This document shows positions 62,659 through 64,000 of a stretch of 64,000 nt of DNA, one piece after another. Source of the stretch: Nitrospirota bacterium (GTDB taxonomy: Bacteria; Nitrospirota; Nitrospiria; Nitrospirales; NS-4); contig CAWBGA010000013.1 of the NCBI GenBank assembly GCA_963788195.1, positions 192,001 through 256,000 of the forward strand, given 5' to 3'. Every line of letters starts with the position of its first letter. The first letter of the stretch is position 1. Below the pieces are notes generated by a model. It made no database searches, was not told the DNA's origin, and saw only the letters and a program-made list of their open reading frames with translations. The position numbers and the translations under genes were made by a program.

Positions 62659-64000
62659 ATGGAACAGGAACGCTCGAAAGAACTTCTTCAACAATATGGG
62701 GTTGGGCCCATCCAATTTACCGGGACGAACGACGCTCTCTATGAACGACATCTGATTTTCGACCACGTCGTTGATGTCAAGAAGGCCGATTTGCGTGAAC
62801 AGTTTGAAGCAGCGGCACATTCGGTCCGCGATATCATTTCACAACGCTGGCTCCGGACGGAAGACACCTATGCCCAGAAGAATCCCAAGCGGGTGTATTA
62901 CCTGTCGATGGAGTTCCTGCTGGGGCGGTCGTTCGCCAACAATGTCACCAACGCATTGCTGGGATCATTGGCGTTTGAGGCCATGAAAAAGAGGGGACTG
63001 GATGCGTCGGCCCTGGCCGAGATGGAGCCGGATGCCGGGTTGGGGAACGGAGGGCTTGGCAGGCTGGCGGCTTGTTTCATTGATTCGATGGCGACGATGC
63101 AGATTCCCGGGATGGGCTATGGACTCCGTTACGAATACGGAATCTTCAAGCAAACGATTAAGGATGGTTGGCAATGCGAACAGCCGGATAATTGGTTGCG
63201 TCGTCCCGATCCCTGGGAAGTGGCACGGCTCGAGGCATCGGTCGAAGTGAAATTGAACTGTTCGTTCGAGATGCACGACGGGGTATTGGGCATGGTCCTC
63301 GGGCAGCCGTCCAGCATCATCGGCATCCCGTTCGACCGTCCCGTCGTCGGGTACGGCGGAAAGACCATTAATACACTCCGGCTCTGGGCCGCGGCGGTAC
63401 CGGATTACTTCGACTTCCAGCGATTCAGCGGCGGTGATTTCGTGGCCGCGTTGGCTGGAACGCTCGCGGCCGAGTCGCTGACGCGTGTGCTCTATCCCGA
63501 CGACTCCACAGTTCGAGGCCAGGGGTTGCGGTTCCTGCAGGAATATTTCCTCGTCGCCTGCTCGCTGGGCGATCTCGTGCGGCGCTTCCGGCGCGGCAAC
63601 ACCGACTGGAACGCCCTGCCCGAGAAAGTCGCCATCCAGTTGAACGATACGCACCCGACGATGGCCGTCCCCGAACTGATGCGGATTCTGCTGGACGACG
63701 CGCATCTCGATTGGGAACAGGCCTGGGATCTGACGCAACGATCACTCGCGTATACCAACCATACGCTGCTCCCCGAGGCGCTGGAAAAATGGCCGCTCGA
63801 ATGGTTCGCAAACGTGCTGCCGCGTCATTTGGAAATCATCCACGAGATCAATCGCCGGCATCTTGACCAAGCGCGCGCGCGCTTCGGCGGCGACCAAGGC
63901 CGTCTCGCCAGCGTAAGTCTCATCGAGGAGGGCGCAACGCGTAAAGTCCGGATGGCCAACCTTGCGATCGTCGGATCGCATAGCACGAACGGCGTCGCCG
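62659..64000 (+). CDS. glgP: Glycogen/alpha-glucan phosphorylase, runs off the window
   Basis: Hand translation MEQERSK...YYLSMEFLLGR, GLGNGGLGRLAAC, QLNDTHP, YTNHTLLPEALE, RMANL. Confidence 0.95.
   Translation, partial: MEQERSKELLQQYGVGPIQFTGTNDALYERHLIFDHVVDVKKADLREQFEAAAHSVRDIISQRWLRTEDTYAQKNPKRVYYLSMEFLLGRSFANNVTNALLGSLAFEAMKKRGLDASALAEMEPDAGLGNGGLGRLAACFIDSMATMQIPGMGYGLRYEYGIFKQTIKDGWQCEQPDNWLRRPDPWEVARLEASVEVKLNCSFEMHDGVLGMVLGQPSSIIGIPFDRPVVGYGGKTINTLRLWAAAVPDYFDFQRFSGGDFVAALAGTLAAESLTRVLYPDDSTVRGQGLRFLQEYFLVACSLGDLVRRFRRGNTDWNALPEKVAIQLNDTHPTMAVPELMRILLDDAHLDWEQAWDLTQRSLAYTNHTLLPEALEKWPLEWFANVLPRHLEIIHEINRRHLDQARARFGGDQGRLASVSLIEEGATRKVRMANLAIVGSHSTNGVA

Noticed and set aside
37623..64000. 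Intact integrative element at tRNA-Lys
   Set aside because: No integrase, transposase or repeated tRNA 3' end seen within the window

Overview
64 kb of bacterial chromosome. Gene content and synteny point to a Nitrospira-like (Nitrospirota) organism; this is inference and no database search was run. Roughly 25-30 single-base frameshifts, some in housekeeping genes, suggest an error-prone long-read assembly. (1) 1-19.9 kb, backbone and redox genes: mdh, a PuuD-like membrane protein, a di-heme cytochrome c, Fur/PerR-rubrerythrin-FeS oxidoreductase-DUF3501, a NarX-like-sensor/KdpD-type kinase with a KdpE-type regulator and two matching operator arrays, bacterioferritin, stand-alone NuoF-ferredoxin-ErpA-tandem PTPS-FolE, Trx/Prx, rarA and an ABC-F ATPase. 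(2) 20.3-35.0 kb, a tightly coupled operon: two filamentous-haemagglutinin-type TpsA genes, TpsB, an exported TPR-CHAT protease, a CHASE2 class III cyclase with a non-canonical specificity residue, and DUF928. This is the best candidate for an uncharacterised trans-envelope signalling system. (3) 35.2-37.6 kb: tenA, tRNA-Ala, purA, tRNA-Lys. (4) 37.6-64 kb, an accessory region after tRNA-Lys: a broken vapBC, envelope proteins, a nitrosocyanin-like cupredoxin, OprB, cydAB, a Rieske/cyt c/cyt b complex and glycogen-oxidative PPP-phosphoketolase-acetate kinase genes. A shared CTGTCA-N4-TGACAG palindrome lies upstream of four of its transcription units.
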